Part shown: positions 1-9,603 of the stretch, piece by piece | Numbering within the stretch: the first letter of the stretch is position 1 | How the letters are laid out: each line of letters starts with the position of its first letter | NCBI GenBank assembly: GCA_043739185.1 | Contig: JAYUEN010000152.1 | Span: 1-17,672, forward strand | Source of the DNA: Bdellovibrionales bacterium | GTDB lineage: Bacteria; Bdellovibrionota; Bdellovibrionia; Bdellovibrionales; JAMPXM01 | Reading direction: 5' to 3' | DNA length: 17,672 nt | Notes under the pieces: generated by a model | The model's input: the letters and a program-made list of their open reading frames with translations, nothing else | Databases searched by the model: none | Told to the model about the DNA's origin: nothing | Program-made: the position numbers and the translations under genes

Positions 1-816
1 GCGAATGCGCAGCCTGCCCTTTTGGTGGTTTCAACCGCTTGTTATGATATTTTAAGTCAAAATACCGGAATAAAAATTCAAGGTGGAAGTGGGCATTCAG
101 CTGGCGAATACTCAGCCTTGGTCTCAGCAGGAGTGCTCAAATTCTCTGATGCACTCAGAGCGGTTCGCATTCGAGGGCAATCGATGCAGAGGGCGGTACC
201 GCTTGGCGAAGGTGGTATGTTAGCTGTACTCGGGCTGCAAGACTCGCAAGTTCGTGAGCTTTGCCAATGGGCTGAAGAGTCCTCTGATTGGCGGCCACTT
301 GAGACCGCAAATTTTAATAGTCCAGGTCAAGTTGTGATTAGTGGCTCAACTATAGCGATTGCTTGGCTGATGCAAAATTTAAGTTCTCCAAATTTAAAAG
401 AGGCTTTTCCGGATTTTCCGAAAATCAAAGCGATTCCGCTTAAAGTTTCGGCGCCCTTTCACTGCTCTCTTATGAAGCCTGCTGAAGAAGAGATGCGAAG
501 AGTGCTTGCGCCAATTCATTTTGCTGAAGCAAAGTGGCGAGTTGTACAGAATTATTCAGGTAAGGTTATAATTGATCCAAGTAAAATTCGCGAACATCTT
601 GTCAAGCAAATCACCGGGCCCGTACTATGGACAGCCTGCGTGCAAAGATTACTTCGCATGGGCTGCGACAATTTTATTGAATTTGGTAGCGGTAAAGTCT
701 TAACTGGGCTCGCGAAAAAAATTGACTCTAGCGGCATTACCACATTCAATATGAACAATCTTGATGAATGGAATGCGCTCGAGCAAGTTATAAAAGCTTC
801 GAATTTAGTTCATTAA
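1..816 (+). CDS. fabD: Malonyl-CoA:ACP transacylase, 5'-truncated by the window edge
   Basis: Frame open from base 1 (ANAQPALL); catalytic GHSAGEY, ANFNSPGQVVISG, VSAPFHC and EFGSGKVL motifs; upstream of fabG-acpP-fabF. Confidence 0.96.
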   Translation, partial: ANAQPALLVVSTACYDILSQNTGIKIQGGSGHSAGEYSALVSAGVLKFSDALRAVRIRGQSMQRAVPLGEGGMLAVLGLQDSQVRELCQWAEESSDWRPLETANFNSPGQVVISGSTIAIAWLMQNLSSPNLKEAFPDFPKIKAIPLKVSAPFHCSLMKPAEEEMRRVLAPIHFAEAKWRVVQNYSGKVIIDPSKIREHLVKQITGPVLWTACVQRLLRMGCDNFIEFGSGKVLTGLAKKIDSSGITTFNMNNLDEWNALEQVIKASNLVH

Positions 817-862
817 AGTTAGATCTCGTCTTCTATTAGTAAATATCCAAAAGGAATGAAAA

Positions 863-1618
863 ATGAGTGATCCGACCAGATTCGCGGGTAAAACCGCATT
901 AGTAACCGGTGGAAGTCGAGGCATTGGGGCTTCAATAGCTGCCCATCTCGCCGAACAGGGTGCAAGAGTCGCTCTCACCTATTCTTCAAATCAAGAAACC
1001 GGCCAAAGGGCATTGCAAAACTTAAAGGGTTCTGGCCATTTACTTCTTGAAATGAATGTTGCTGATGAAGAATCTGTGGAGCGCGGATTTGAAAGGATGC
1101 TGATTCAATTTACCAAAATTGACTACCTCATAAATAACGCCGGAATTGCTAAAGACGGACTTTTACTAAGAATGCGAACCGATAGTTTTGATTCTGTAAT
1201 TCAAACAAATTTACGCGGAACCTTTCTCTGTACCAGGGCTGCTATAAAGTCGATGATCAAAACTAAACTGCCGGGTTCGATTGTCAATATTACAAGTGTA
1301 GTGGGTCGAAGTGGCAATTCCGGGCAAGCCAATTATGCTGCAAGCAAGGCCGGAGTCGAGGCCTTTACAAAGTCAATTGCGGCCGAAGTTGCAAGTCGAA
1401 ATATCAGGCTCAATTGTGTTGCTCCAGGCTTTATAACCACTGAGATGACCAGTGTCTTAACTGATCAAGTTAAAGCTGAAATTCAAGAAAAAATCCCCAT
1501 GCACTCGCTGGGTACAGTTGCAGATGTTGCTCACGCCGTATGCTTTCTGTTGAGTGATGAGGCTAGGTATATTACTGGCCAGACCTTAAATGTAAATGGT
1601 GGCATGTATATGGACTAA
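863..1618 (+). CDS. fabG: 3-oxoacyl-ACP reductase
   Basis: SDR motifs TGGSRGIG, NNAGI, YAASK, VNGGM; AAGGA Shine-Dalgarno; fab context. Confidence 0.96.
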   Translation: MSDPTRFAGKTALVTGGSRGIGASIAAHLAEQGARVALTYSSNQETGQRALQNLKGSGHLLLEMNVADEESVERGFERMLIQFTKIDYLINNAGIAKDGLLLRMRTDSFDSVIQTNLRGTFLCTRAAIKSMIKTKLPGSIVNITSVVGRSGNSGQANYAASKAGVEAFTKSIAAEVASRNIRLNCVAPGFITTEMTSVLTDQVKAEIQEKIPMHSLGTVADVAHAVCFLLSDEARYITGQTLNVNGGMYMD

Positions 1619-1773
1619 AGCTTGGGCTCATTCTCGGCCCCAGGCGCAGACATATTTTCAAAAAACCGCGGCATTTTAAAGATCTATTGATTTAGGAAAT
1701 TAAAGTCGGTAAAAATACGGATCTGAATATTTAAAAATATTTTTAAATTATATAAAGTCTCGAGGAGGACAAA

Positions 1774-2016
1774 ATGGTAACAGCTATTCAGCCAAAAGTT
1801 AAAGAAGTGATTGTTGAGCAACTGGGAGTAGATCCAGAAAGAGTGAAGCCAGAGGCTTCATTTATTGATGATCTTGGTGCTGATAGCTTAGATATCGTTG
1901 AACTCGTCATGGCTATGGAAGAAGAATTTGGCATCGAAATTCCAGATGAAGATGCTGAGAAGTTAAAGACTGTGCAAGACGTTTGCAGCTACCTTCAAGT
2001 TAAAGGTAAAGTTTAA
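1774..2016 (+). CDS. acpP: Acyl carrier protein
   Basis: [14 protein letters not shown] phosphopantetheine site; acidic 80 aa; GAGGAGG Shine-Dalgarno. Confidence 0.98.
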   Translation: MVTAIQPKVKEVIVEQLGVDPERVKPEASFIDDLGADSLDIVELVMAMEEEFGIEIPDEDAEKLKTVQDVCSYLQVKGKV

Positions 2017-2038
2017 GACTTTCGTCTGAAAGCAATCA

Positions 2039-3322
2039 ATGCCGCAAAGCTTTTTGCAGAATGATATTTATCAAAGACCGGCGCGTCCGCAAAGGCGCGT
2101 TGTCGTTACCGGAATCGGGCTCGTCTCGCCGCTTGGTCTCAATTTAAATGAAACCTGGAAGGCTTTAATAAAGGGCGAATCTGGTATTGGTCCGATCACA
2201 CAATTCGATACTTCAAAGTATGACGTGAAGTTTGCTGGCGAAGTTAAAAATTTCGATCCAAGTTTATATATTGAGAAAAAAGAACAGAAAAAAATGGATC
2301 GCTTTATTCATTTCAGCCTCGCTTGCGCTGAAATGGCCTTAAAGGATTCAGGCCTTGAGCTCACTGAAAAAATTAAAGAACGTACAGGCTCTATAGTTGG
2401 CGTTGGCCTTGGCGGTCTCGGAGCAATTGAGAATAATTTTTCGATTTTGACTGAACGAGGTCCATCGCGAGTGACCCCGTTTTTTGTACCAATGGTTATC
2501 ACCAATATGGCCTCCGGAAATATTACCATAAAATATGGCCTTAAGGGCGTGAACTACTCTGTGACTTCGGCTTGTTCATCTGGGGCGCACTCAATTGGTG
2601 AAGCGGCAAATTATATTCGCTCAGGACTCGCTGATGTCATGCTTGCTGGCGGAGCTGAATCAACTATTTGTCCTCTGGCGGTTGCGGGATTTTCATCGAT
2701 GCGAGCTCTCTCGACTCGCAATGATCAACCGAAAATGGCATCGCGTCCTTTTGATAAAGGCCGAGATGGTTTTGTTATCGCTGAAGCTGCTGCGATCTTA
2801 GTTTTAGAAGATTATGAATTTGCCGCCAAAAGAGGTGCGCGCATTTATGGTGAAGTGAGTGGCTATGGCGCTTCGTCTGATGCCCATCATATGACTAATC
2901 CGGCCCCAGGTGGCGTGGGTGCGGCTCTCGCAATGGGAAATGCCCTAAGAGATGCAGGCTTAAACGCCAACGAAATATCCTATGTAAATGCTCATGGGAC
3001 AAGTACCCCTGCTGGCGATGGTATTGAAACTCAAGCCTTGCACCGCACTTTCGGCGATCACTCTAAAAAATTATGGGTCAGCAGCACAAAAAGCATGACT
3101 GGTCATAGTCTGGGTGCAGCGGGTGCTCTTGAAAGTGCTTTTACTTTGATGACTCTTTCTGAAGGTATTGCCCCTCCAACCATCAATCTTGAAAATCCGA
3201 GCGAAGATTGTGATCTAGATTATATTCCAAATACCGCACGCGAAGGCAAATTTAAGCATGTCGCAAATAATAGTTTTGGATTTGGCGGCACCAATGCGTG
3301 TTTGGTGTTTTCAAAAATTTGA
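2039..3322 (+). CDS. fabF: Beta-ketoacyl-ACP synthase II
   Basis: RRVVVTGIG, TSACSSG (catalytic Cys), NAHGTST and KSMTGH (His pair), NSFGFGGTN. Confidence 0.97.
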   Translation: MPQSFLQNDIYQRPARPQRRVVVTGIGLVSPLGLNLNETWKALIKGESGIGPITQFDTSKYDVKFAGEVKNFDPSLYIEKKEQKKMDRFIHFSLACAEMALKDSGLELTEKIKERTGSIVGVGLGGLGAIENNFSILTERGPSRVTPFFVPMVITNMASGNITIKYGLKGVNYSVTSACSSGAHSIGEAANYIRSGLADVMLAGGAESTICPLAVAGFSSMRALSTRNDQPKMASRPFDKGRDGFVIAEAAAILVLEDYEFAAKRGARIYGEVSGYGASSDAHHMTNPAPGGVGAALAMGNALRDAGLNANEISYVNAHGTSTPAGDGIETQALHRTFGDHSKKLWVSSTKSMTGHSLGAAGALESAFTLMTLSEGIAPPTINLENPSEDCDLDYIPNTAREGKFKHVANNSFGFGGTNACLVFSKI

Positions 3323-3336
3323 AAAGAGGAAATTTT

Positions 3337-3801
3337 TTGCGTAGAAAAGTTTTGATTGCCTCTGATCATGCAGGATTTGAACTTAAAAAATACTTAGTCG
3401 CTCATTTCAATTCGACAATTGAATTTATTGATCTCGGAACAAATAGCAAAGACAGCGTTGATTATCCAGACTTTGCAGATGCTCTTGCACTCCAAATTTC
3501 GGAAGGCGCCACTTCGTTCGGTGTTTTGATTTGTGGAAGTGGCGTAGGTATTTGTATTCGAGCCAATCGACATCTCAAAGTACGCGCTGTTCAAGTTTGG
3601 AATGCTGAAATTGCAAGACTTTGTCGTGAGCACAATGACGCCAATGTTATTTGTTTCGGAGAACGGGCTCAAACAAAAGAAGAATGCGTGAAATTATTAG
3701 ATATCTTTTTAAGCACTGCATTTTCAGGTAATAATGCCCAGGATCCTGCCGCCCTAAGACATCTTACGCGCGTAAAAAAATTGGGTGCTCCAACTTTTTA
3801 A
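3337..3801 (+). CDS. rpiB: Ribose-5-phosphate isomerase B
   Basis: ASDHAG, VDYPD, CGSGVG and HNDANV motifs. Start moved to in-frame TTG at 3337, behind GAGGA at 3326-3330, which removes the overlap with fabF. Confidence 0.93.
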   Translation: MRRKVLIASDHAGFELKKYLVAHFNSTIEFIDLGTNSKDSVDYPDFADALALQISEGATSFGVLICGSGVGICIRANRHLKVRAVQVWNAEIARLCREHNDANVICFGERAQTKEECVKLLDIFLSTAFSGNNAQDPAALRHLTRVKKLGAPTF

Positions 3802-3936
3802 AATTGGCTTGGCCTATCGTTCCAACAAGCAGCAAATAGATTTAGCAGATTCAAGCCGATGCTTGATGAATGCTTCGATTACGCCTAAGCTTTTCTCGAG
3901 ACAATTTGCCTTAGAAAGTTTCAAAGGAGCGATCAA

Positions 3937-5172
3937 ATGTTTTTAGAAAAAACCGATCCTGAAATTTCGAAATGGATAATGAAAGAAAATGAGCGCCAAG
4001 AATTTGGCCTTGAAATGATTGCTTCAGAAAATTACGTTTCAAAATCTGTCATGGAGGCTCAAGGCAGTCAGCTCACCAACAAATACGCAGAAGGTTATCC
4101 TGGTAAGCGTTATTATGGTGGCTGTGAGTATGTTGATCATATTGAGCAATTGGCAATTGATCGTGTCACCAAGCTCTTTGGTGCTGAACACGCAAATGTT
4201 CAACCGCATTCAGGCTCACAAGCCAATATGGCAGTTTTTATGTCTTGTATGAATCCCGGAGATACGTTTTTAGGAATGGATCTCTCTCACGGTGGGCATC
4301 TTACACACGGCTCTCCAGTTAATTTTAGTGGAAGTCTTTATAAAAATGTAAGCTACGGTCTTGATCCGAAAACGCACAGACTCAATTACGATCAGATTAT
4401 GAAGGCCGCAAAAGAACACAAACCTAAGATGATAATGGCTGGTTATAGTGCTTATCCGAGAGAGCTTGATTTTTCAAAGTTTCGCGAAATTGCAAGTAGT
4501 GTTGATGCGACTTTGGTAGTTGATATGGCTCACTTTGCAGGCTTGGTTGCAAGCGGTGTACATCCGTCACCAATCCCCTTCGCACACTATACCACATCGA
4601 CAACCCATAAAACTTTGCGTGGCCCGCGCGGTGGCCTCATTTTGACTTCTCATGAGAACGCCAAAAAAGTAAACAGTAAAATATTTCCTGGAATTCAGGG
4701 CGGCCCCCTAGAACATGTGATTGCAGCTAAAGCAGTGGCCTTTCAGGAAGCCTTAAAGCCAGAATTTAAAACCTATTGCCAACAAATTGTTAAAAATGCT
4801 CAGTGCTTGGCTGAAAGCTTACTGAGCGAACAAATTAAATTAGTAACTGGCGGAACCGACAATCATCTCTTGCTAGTCGATCTTTCAGAGGGCGAAGTGA
4901 CCGGCAAAGATGCAGAAATAGCACTCGATATGGCCGGTATAACGGTGAATAAAAATACCGTCCCGAACGAAAAGCGTTCTCCTTTTGTAACCAGCGGGGT
5001 TCGTATTGGGACACCCGCTTTGACCACCCGAGGAATGAAAGAGAGTGAGATGAAAAAAATAGGTTCTTGGATTGTGAAAGTATTAAAAGATCCAAAAAAT
5101 GAAAAACAACTTGCAAATATTCGCGCTCAGGTAAAAGAGCTTTGCCAACAATTTCCGATCTACGCAAACTAA
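3937..5172 (+). CDS. glyA: Serine hydroxymethyltransferase
   Basis: [35 protein letters not shown] (PLP Lys), GGTDNH; AAGGAG Shine-Dalgarno. Confidence 0.98.
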   Translation: MFLEKTDPEISKWIMKENERQEFGLEMIASENYVSKSVMEAQGSQLTNKYAEGYPGKRYYGGCEYVDHIEQLAIDRVTKLFGAEHANVQPHSGSQANMAVFMSCMNPGDTFLGMDLSHGGHLTHGSPVNFSGSLYKNVSYGLDPKTHRLNYDQIMKAAKEHKPKMIMAGYSAYPRELDFSKFREIASSVDATLVVDMAHFAGLVASGVHPSPIPFAHYTTSTTHKTLRGPRGGLILTSHENAKKVNSKIFPGIQGGPLEHVIAAKAVAFQEALKPEFKTYCQQIVKNAQCLAESLLSEQIKLVTGGTDNHLLLVDLSEGEVTGKDAEIALDMAGITVNKNTVPNEKRSPFVTSGVRIGTPALTTRGMKESEMKKIGSWIVKVLKDPKNEKQLANIRAQVKELCQQFPIYAN

Positions 5173-5173
5173 A

Positions 5174-5830
5174 ATGCTATTTATCCGAAGCTTAGTTTTT
5201 ATTATCAGTTTGAGTCTCATTGGCTGCGCCAGTTTCAAAGGGCCGGGTGAATTAAAAGCGCCTGGCTATCAAGTCAATGCACCCATTGCGCCAGCATCAG
5301 AAGGAATTTCGAATCCAAAAAAAGCCAAGATTGAAAATGATCTAGACCATCCCCAGCCCGAAGGCGTCGACGATCAGAGCGAGCAAAATGTCTTTGAACA
5401 CCTAGCACCTCAAGGCGAACACGCACCCGGAACAGATACCGCAAAAGAAATGCATTTTGACTGGCCCGTAGATGAAGCGAAACTTTCACGCGGTTTTTTA
5501 GAGAGAAAGCGGCGCCCACATTGGGGGCTTGATCTCGCAAATAAAAAAGGCACGCCAATTTTGTCTGCTGAAAATGGTTATGTTGTCTATACAGGTAAGC
5601 AATTTCATGGTTACGGAAGACTTATTGTAATCGAGCACAATGATCAGTGGGCAACACTCTATGCGCATCTTGATAAATTTCTGGTAAAAGAAGGTGAATT
5701 TGTAAAGCGCGGTCAAGCCATTGGCCAAATGGGAAGATCCGGTCATGCAACAGGTTCACATCTGCATTTTGAACTGAGAGACAATCGAAGGCCAGTGGAT
5801 CCGCTGCAATTTTTGCCAGCGCACGAATAA
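5174..5830 (+). CDS. M23-family metallopeptidase, probable lipoprotein
   Basis: Lipobox LIGC (Cys18); low-complexity linker; M23 zinc motifs HWGLD and HLH, plus YAHL; starts 1 nt after the glyA stop. Confidence 0.9.
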   Translation: MLFIRSLVFIISLSLIGCASFKGPGELKAPGYQVNAPIAPASEGISNPKKAKIENDLDHPQPEGVDDQSEQNVFEHLAPQGEHAPGTDTAKEMHFDWPVDEAKLSRGFLERKRRPHWGLDLANKKGTPILSAENGYVVYTGKQFHGYGRLIVIEHNDQWATLYAHLDKFLVKEGEFVKRGQAIGQMGRSGHATGSHLHFELRDNRRPVDPLQFLPAHE

Positions 5831-5871
5831 AGGAAGCTTTTTTTGCAACTCCAGTTCGTTCTGAAACCATT

Positions 5872-6210
5872 TCATTTTTTGAATCTGTGGTTTTGCGCTA
5901 AACTCGCAAGGAGTGCTGCTGTACTTGAAAATAGCAGCGCTACTAGAATTGGCAAAAGATAGTTTAGATTCCTTGAGTCTGTAAAGTGAATAACTGAGCT
6001 CAGGTCAAGAATTTGAAGCATTGGTCGCCCAAAAGCAAAGATCATAAATAAAAAGACGAAGAAAACATAAAACATTATTTTTACTGGCTTTAATAAATCG
6101 AGATATCCCCAGGCGAGGCAGAGAATAAATACGCTCCACCAAGGAAAAATAAATCCTATGGTGGCACTCAAGAAAATAAAAATAAGATCACAAAGCCAAT
6201 AGCTCTTCAT
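5872..6210 (-). CDS. Small hypothetical integral membrane protein
   Basis: 112 aa, about 3-4 hydrophobic segments, FPWW motif; 4-bp ATGA overlap with the acylase stop. Confidence 0.7.
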   Translation of the reverse strand: MKSYWLCDLIFIFLSATIGFIFPWWSVFILCLAWGYLDLLKPVKIMFYVFFVFLFMIFAFGRPMLQILDLSSVIHFTDSRNLNYLLPILVALLFSSTAALLASLAQNHRFKK

Positions 6211-8606
6211 TTCTCACCAACGAATAGGATATTTTTAAATGATTTTCCATCTGCCCGCTCTAAAAATTGCACGGGCCTGAGCTGCGATTTAGACCAATCT
6301 TCTAAAAATTCTTTCGCATGGGGGCTTCTTAAATCGCCCGACTGACCACCAGGATAAATAGCCCAGGCCTTAAAATCAGGGCCAAGAGACACGAGCATTT
6401 TCCAGACCGGCCCATGCCTGCCGGAATTTGCTAAAATACTATATCTTGATCCGCTCGATTGAATCGCGGTCGAAAAAACAGGAAGTTTCGACAAATGTGC
6501 AAGTATTGCCTTGCTCTCATTTTGCCAAAGCCACGCGTCGATTTTATTGCCATAGTTTTTTTCGAGTTCAGCAATTGCTTCTTTGAAACTGCGATCGACT
6601 ATTGCTTCGAAGCTTAAGTGCTTTGGATTGAGCCATTTTGACTTCAAATCCTTTGCTATGAGTTCAGAAGTAGTAAAGTCGTTAGGATGAAGATAATTGA
6701 TGGCATCCGGAAAAACTTCATTCCAAATATTAGATGCGAGATGCTCCCAGAAGGCAGTGAAAATACTCGCCCCGATAGAATCTGTATTGTTCTGATAGTC
6801 CCAGGTTTGAAGTATATTTAAAATCTTATTTTCATATTCCGGAAGCTTCACTTTACCAAGTTCAGAAATTAAGTTCGGCAAAACTTTTTCAGCTAGCTTA
6901 TTAAATGTATCTTTTTGCATTTCAGCCAATTCGATAGGGGTCCATATTTTCTTTTCTCTTAGCAATTGTTCAATTCGCTGGGCCCTAAAGGGAGATTCAT
7001 AATAGGAGCCCAAATAATATGGGTAGTTTGAATTCATGGGTTGTTGATTTGCAGAAAAAACAAAACCCCTCGTTGGATTGGTTTCGCCTGCATATTCTTC
7101 GGGTTTCAAACTTTCATGCCATAAATAATTCGAGTCGCTACCGTCGCCAATCATTCTCCCCTGCCCTTTAAAACGCAGAGGAAATTCACCATATTGTAGC
7201 ATTTGTACTTTGCCGCTTGAGTCCGCACAGATAAAATTCTGCGCGGGTGATGAATAGCCGATCAAAGCAAGTTGACAGTCTGTTGTGGTTTTTACTCGAT
7301 TGAGTTTCAAGATGCTTTTAAGTTCGTTCGATGCTTTTAGTCCCGTCCATTGCAAAGCAAGTCCATGTGGAAAATTTCTCACAGAAGGCGGCTCTTGATC
7401 GTCAAAAATTATGGGCCCAAAATGGGTGTTCTTTAGGATTAACTTTTTAGGCTGTTCGCCCCGGATTTTTATTATGTGTTCGTGTTCCTCAACCACACGC
7501 CACTTTTGATCAAATAAATATTCATTGTGTTTTTCATCGCGAAATTTGAGTTCATACCAATCCATAAAGTCGCCACTGGCGTTGGTTACAGCCCAGGTCA
7601 TCTGCTTTGAAAAACCAACGATCACGCCAGGAGCCCCCGCAAGGCTGGCACCATATACATTCTGGTCCGGAGTTATCAGCTGAGTTTGATACCAAAGAGC
7701 CGGTAAAGTATAATCAAGATGAATATCATTGCTCACTATTGGTAAGCCGGTGGCCGACTTGGTGCCAAAGACTGACCAATTATTGCTACCGTTACTGGGG
7801 TTGGGCTCTAGCTTTAAACTTTGATTTTTTAGCTCTGCATGAAATTCATTTTGCGGAGATTTAGGGATACGGGGTTTTAATTTCCATTTAGTATTTTGAG
7901 AAAGGATACTTTCTTTGTATTTAAACTCTTCAGGGAAGAGTTCATCGAAATCCTTTTTAGAAAAAAGTCCGCGACTCCTCGTAAGTGGTAAATCTTTGGA
8001 TCCCCCTGACAAATTGAACGCCATAAATTTTTGAATCAGAGCAATTTTATACGGCGACCACTTTTCAGGTGAATATTGAAATATTTTAAATTCGAGTGGA
8101 AGATCGGAGTCGTTTAAGTGTTCTATGAAAAAATTGACGCCATCGGAGAATCGCTCAGTTGCCACTTTGGTAAGCGGATCATTGAGCATTTCTTTTTCGC
8201 TTTCAAGTGCGGCTTCAGGAATTCGCAACTGCACAAACGTCTCATCAATTGCTAAGGTTTTTTTTCCGAATATTTCGGATAATCTGCCGCTTGCGAGTCT
8301 TGAAAAAAAATCCATTTCCCAAAGACGGTCCCTGGCTTGAAGATAGCCTTGAACATAGTAGAGATCAGAATCATTATTTGCAAAAATATGTGGGATACCA
8401 GAAGCTTCAAATTCGACTTTCACTTTATCTATTAATTTGAGTTTCAATGTGGAAGGCAGATTTTCAAAATCGTTTTTGGTTTCAACCCAGATGCCGTTAT
8501 AAGGGTTGAGCATTTGGCCCAAAGATCCCAATGGCCTAATTGGAATCAAAAGTACTGACAATAAGACAATAGCCAGGAGAAGTTTGCAGAAAAGAAGTTT
8601 TTTCAT
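6207..8606 (-). CDS. Penicillin acylase family (S45) Ntn-hydrolase
   Basis: N-terminal hydrophobic segment; GIPHIFA, QARDRLWEMD, GRLSEIFG; autoproteolysis site GSNNW; NDIHL, SANQ and PGGQSG motifs. Confidence 0.93.
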   Translation of the reverse strand: MKKLLFCKLLLAIVLLSVLLIPIRPLGSLGQMLNPYNGIWVETKNDFENLPSTLKLKLIDKVKVEFEASGIPHIFANNDSDLYYVQGYLQARDRLWEMDFFSRLASGRLSEIFGKKTLAIDETFVQLRIPEAALESEKEMLNDPLTKVATERFSDGVNFFIEHLNDSDLPLEFKIFQYSPEKWSPYKIALIQKFMAFNLSGGSKDLPLTRSRGLFSKKDFDELFPEEFKYKESILSQNTKWKLKPRIPKSPQNEFHAELKNQSLKLEPNPSNGSNNWSVFGTKSATGLPIVSNDIHLDYTLPALWYQTQLITPDQNVYGASLAGAPGVIVGFSKQMTWAVTNASGDFMDWYELKFRDEKHNEYLFDQKWRVVEEHEHIIKIRGEQPKKLILKNTHFGPIIFDDQEPPSVRNFPHGLALQWTGLKASNELKSILKLNRVKTTTDCQLALIGYSSPAQNFICADSSGKVQMLQYGEFPLRFKGQGRMIGDGSDSNYLWHESLKPEEYAGETNPTRGFVFSANQQPMNSNYPYYLGSYYESPFRAQRIEQLLREKKIWTPIELAEMQKDTFNKLAEKVLPNLISELGKVKLPEYENKILNILQTWDYQNNTDSIGASIFTAFWEHLASNIWNEVFPDAINYLHPNDFTTSELIAKDLKSKWLNPKHLSFEAIVDRSFKEAIAELEKNYGNKIDAWLWQNESKAILAHLSKLPVFSTAIQSSGSRYSILANSGRHGPVWKMLVSLGPDFKAWAIYPGGQSGDLRSPHAKEFLEDWSKSQLRPVQFLERADGKSFKNILFVGEK

Positions 8607-8655
8607 TGAGTTGAAAGTATAGATCTTTTAGAGAAATTAGACCAGCTATCCGAAG

Positions 8656-8689
8656 AAAAAAGGGCTCAATTCATAATAAATTGAGCCCT
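8656..8689 (-). terminator. Rho-independent terminator of the outer-membrane protein gene
   Basis: Perfect 11-bp inverted repeat AGGGCTCAATT (8661-8671) / AATTGAGCCCT (8679-8689), 7-nt loop; A-tract at 8656-8661 gives a U-tail on the minus strand, just after the stop at 8701. Confidence 0.85.
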
Positions 8690-8700
8690 CAAAGATAAAA

Positions 8701-9603
8701 TTATAAATTGATATTGGCTGAAATCGCCACATTGGTCTTTTCAGCCCGAACATCTGCCCATACCCACTGAACGTTTGGATAAAGATAGATATCACGAGTC
8801 ACGGCTAAGCCAACGCCAAAACTTTGAGTTGGATCATCGCGAACAAATGTTTTTTGATCATTTGGGCTATTGAAATAGCTAAAGCCACGATAAACAGTTC
8901 GAAGTGAAGCCACGTCGTTAAGCTCATACTCAGCAAAAGGATAAAGTGCTACATAATCAAGTGGAGCATCGCCATTTTTTGCTGTCGTTTGAGAATAGAA
9001 CTCACGATAATAACCTAAATCCATTCCGAGATCTAATCTTGAAGTGCCAACTTTTGCCAAGATTGTATAGTCAAAATTGGTATTCCAGATGTCATCGCGC
9101 TTACTGGCTGAAGTGCTTGTATACTTCACTATGCTCGCATCGATCACATTTTGAATGATTCCGGTTTTAAAAGCACGATTGTAGCCCAATATTGGGTTTT
9201 CAACTTGGCCGCTCTGACCTTGATAAGTCGGTGTGAGCCAACCCACGCCAACACCCAAACTCAAACTATCGTGATCGCTCACGCGATACTTAGCTGAAAT
9301 GGTGCCTGAGAGTTTAGATGGCTCTGGATTGGTAGTACCAGGGCTCAATTGTGGGCGTTCTTGGCTAAGTGGTGAATTGATTGAACCACCATTGTATCCA
9401 AGCGCAGATTTCAATGAGATCAAAGACTTTGAACCTGTCTCTGCGCGCAATTTTTTATTCGTAATTTCCTCATCGATATCTTTTCTTTGAGCCGTTGCCT
9501 CACTTGGCATTTTGGCTTTCGTAGTCGTTGAATCACTGACCGCGTCCTCAGCGTGAACAAATCCAGCTGTAAGAAGCATAAGTACTGATGCTAAAAATCT
9601 CAT
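8701..9603 (-). CDS. Exported probable outer-membrane beta-barrel protein, resembling the Bdellovibrio major OMP (Bd0427/PopA-like) family
   Basis: Signal peptide ending VHA; alternating amphipathic strands (LSLGVGVGW, LDLGMDLGY, FGVGLAV, LYPNVQW, ISANINL); DIDEEITNxxLRAxxGSKS motif recalled from Bdellovibrio OMPs; ATG at 9603 behind AGGGGG. The family call is from memory. Confidence 0.7.
   Translation of the reverse strand: MRFLASVLMLLTAGFVHAEDAVSDSTTTKAKMPSEATAQRKDIDEEITNKKLRAETGSKSLISLKSALGYNGGSINSPLSQERPQLSPGTTNPEPSKLSGTISAKYRVSDHDSLSLGVGVGWLTPTYQGQSGQVENPILGYNRAFKTGIIQNVIDASIVKYTSTSASKRDDIWNTNFDYTILAKVGTSRLDLGMDLGYYREFYSQTTAKNGDAPLDYVALYPFAEYELNDVASLRTVYRGFSYFNSPNDQKTFVRDDPTQSFGVGLAVTRDIYLYPNVQWVWADVRAEKTNVAISANINL

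Noticed and set aside
1..3322. Type II PKS or specialised lipid cluster
   Set aside because: Canonical fabD-fabG-acpP-fabF-rpiB-glyA housekeeping order, one ketosynthase with an intact Cys-His-His triad, no chain-length factor. GHSAG in FabD keeps the catalytic Ser.
3802..3936. ZMP/ZTP or other riboswitch upstream of glyA
   Set aside because: No ZTP consensus (GACUGGCG, CGCCUGGG) is present; only a short TCAAGC/GCTTGA hairpin.
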